A stretch of 64,000 nt of DNA from Myxococcota bacterium (GTDB taxonomy: Bacteria > Myxococcota_A > Bradymonadia > UBA7976 > UBA1532): positions 35,685 to 99,684 of the forward strand of contig JAYZEG010000069.1 in NCBI GenBank assembly GCA_036337435.1, read 5' to 3'. Every line of letters starts with the position of its first letter. Positions within the stretch are counted from its first letter, which is position 1. This document shows positions 62,021 through 64,000 of this stretch, piece after piece. The translations under genes and the position numbers were made by a program. The notes under the pieces are model-generated. The model had not been told where the DNA came from, did not search any database, and worked only from the letters and a program-made list of their open reading frames with translations.

Positions 62021-62351
62021 TTTTTAGCGCCAAAATCTTTTACAGCATTGCTCCGTACCCATTCATGGTCACTAAATCCAACATAGCGAAACCCGCTTTT
62101 CACCTCGTTTTTCTACCTAGATCGATGACAAGTTGACTTCGTTGAATGAAAAAATCATTCTCTCTATGTAAATTTTTTCAATGAAGCATGAAATTGTCAT
62201 GCACTTTGATCTACAATGCTAGCGGCGAGCCGCCTGGCGCGACTCAGCTGGTCATGTATACATGTAAGATCTGAATGGTTTCTTGGGGGAAAACAGAGAG
62301 CCATTCAAAGCGACCCAAGACCGTGTGACGACACGGAACGAGGGGGAGGTT

Positions 62352-64000
62352 ATGAGACGATACTTCAGTGCTTTTGCTGCCGCACTTGTAATTGCTTTGT
62401 TCGCGGTCCCTGCCAGCGCACAAGACCTTGAAGACAACGAGGTCAAGCCGATTCCATATTCGCAGGTCGATCCGACCCTACCGCATCCAGCTCATGAACA
62501 AGCGAGAATCACGCTCAAAGCCATGATTCGAAGAGCCAACTGCGGGTCTTACCAAGTCTGGTGGGACACTGACCGGGACGGCAACTACGACGAAGAACAT
62601 CGTCGCGATGTCGGGCGAAATGGCGAAGCAAACGCTGTGCTGGACATTGGCCGTAACTTCGTCGTGCCGAGCGTAGCTGAAGACACGTCGTACAACATCA
62701 ACGTGCGTGTTCGAAATACGTGTACGCAGGAAGACAAGTTTGCCACCTTTCGCTTGTTTGTTTACGACTTCCAGCCATCCGATGACCCCCGAAATTGGAC
62801 CGATGAACAGCTGGATATCATGACCCAAATGGCCATTCAGGAATCCCTGTGGCACATCCACAGAACTGTGGGTTCCATTCAGCGGTCAAATCACGAACTC
62901 CACGGACAGGACCAATACGATGAAGCCACCGGTATGTCCCTATGGTCTTTCACCATAAACGGTCACCTCCCTGCCTATCCCCCGGAGTCCGTGTTTAATC
63001 TGCCCAATTCGCAAAACATCCGCCAGGACTGGTTCGATGACAACTCGGAGCGTTGGCATAATTCACCGTACGCCGAGACAACCATGCGGTTTGCCAATCA
63101 TTTGTCAGCCAACGGTGGTCTTCGCGGGATTCCTGGGGGCGAGGAAGAAAATACATGTGGGTACAACCCAGATGGAACAGACCGGACCTGTAACCGACTC
63201 GGCGGCACAGCCAATAACCAAGGCGGGTATGCTCGAGGCAGTGCCAACGTGTATCGAATGGGTGTCAACTTGGGCGGTATGGCAACCGTATTGCCTGCCC
63301 TCGCCGGCACGCCCGTATCCTACGGCTCACTTCGAGGCACCAATTGGGAGAACTACATCCAAGAAATGGCAGACCAACTGGGTGCGCAACAAATCGACGG
63401 CGGTTGCGCCCGTGGTGGTTGGATTTACGGGGATTACAACGGCTCTGCCGGCTGTAACACAAGCGATGCGTCCACATCCCAGTGGGCTTACATTGGACTC
63501 GAAAGTGCAGAGATTGCCGGCGGCCCTTACGGTGTTTTCGTCAACAACCGACACAAGTACCGCATTGCTGACAACCTCATCAATAATCAACGGGGCGATG
63601 GCGGCGCAGGATACCGGTCCTCCTCTGGCCGCGGGGATTTCAAGTTGACGGGCGGGTCATTGGTTGCGGCACGTTGGCTTGGTATCCATCAGTTTAACAG
63701 CAACGATGGCGCGACGGCGTTTGCACGCCAGTCTGGCTTTAGCCGTGGCAACCTCCGCAGCAATTACGACACATACGTGGCTCACCTCGCAAACAACTGG
63801 ACCAATGTTCGGAGTGTGGGTAGCCACTGGGCTGACAGTATGTGGGAATTTGGTGATTACCTCTGTGGGGACACCAGCGGTGTCTATAACCAAGGCCGAT
63901 GTGGCAGCAGTTACGCGATGTACTCCCTCCAGAAGGGCTTCCGAACGGGTACGCCCGAAATTGAAATCATCGGTAATCGGGATTGGGTACGCGAATTCAA
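62352..64000 (+). CDS. Large secreted protein with QW-like alpha/alpha-barrel repeats, 3'-truncated (absent from ORF track)
   Basis: GGGGAGG RBS and ATG 62352; my manual translation is open to the window end (MRRYFSAFAAALVIALFAVPASAQ...QQIDGGCARGGWIY...NQRGDGGAGY...YAMYSLQKGF...DWVREF). Confidence 0.85.
   Translation, partial: MRRYFSAFAAALVIALFAVPASAQDLEDNEVKPIPYSQVDPTLPHPAHEQARITLKAMIRRANCGSYQVWWDTDRDGNYDEEHRRDVGRNGEANAVLDIGRNFVVPSVAEDTSYNINVRVRNTCTQEDKFATFRLFVYDFQPSDDPRNWTDEQLDIMTQMAIQESLWHIHRTVGSIQRSNHELHGQDQYDEATGMSLWSFTINGHLPAYPPESVFNLPNSQNIRQDWFDDNSERWHNSPYAETTMRFANHLSANGGLRGIPGGEEENTCGYNPDGTDRTCNRLGGTANNQGGYARGSANVYRMGVNLGGMATVLPALAGTPVSYGSLRGTNWENYIQEMADQLGAQQIDGGCARGGWIYGDYNGSAGCNTSDASTSQWAYIGLESAEIAGGPYGVFVNNRHKYRIADNLINNQRGDGGAGYRSSSGRGDFKLTGGSLVAARWLGIHQFNSNDGATAFARQSGFSRGNLRSNYDTYVAHLANNWTNVRSVGSHWADSMWEFGDYLCGDTSGVYNQGRCGSSYAMYSLQKGFRTGTPEIEIIGNRDWVREF

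Noticed and set aside
63037..63648. 203-aa ORF in the track
   Set aside because: Out-of-frame shadow inside the gene starting at 62352, which has an RBS, signal peptide and recognisable motifs.

Overview
Chromosomal window from a delta-proteobacterium, probably Myxococcota/Bradymonadia-like. The lineage is inferred from MYXO-CTERM-like tails, PEGA and Cys-rich surface proteins, and the surA<>mreBCD-mrdA-rodA and ccsA-hemA-hemC-cobA/hemD gene orders. Housekeeping genes are hutF (partial), leuS, glk, ggt, putA, lpxC, mreBCD-mrdA-rodA, trxA and the heme genes. Accessory content includes an ECF sigma/anti-sigma pair, Cys-rich surface proteins and a MoxR-DUF58-Bat operon. A signalling-rich block at about 35.7-48.4 kb holds two Ser/Thr pseudokinases, two histidine kinases around a lone receiver, a pseudokinase-PP2C fusion and a degenerate vWA protein. 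A large secreted gene at 62352->64000 is missing from the ORF track and appears paralogous to the QW-repeat alpha/alpha-barrel protein at 15945-18473. I saw no rRNA, tRNA, CRISPR array, transposase or prophage gene. All family assignments come from motif recognition by eye, not database searches.
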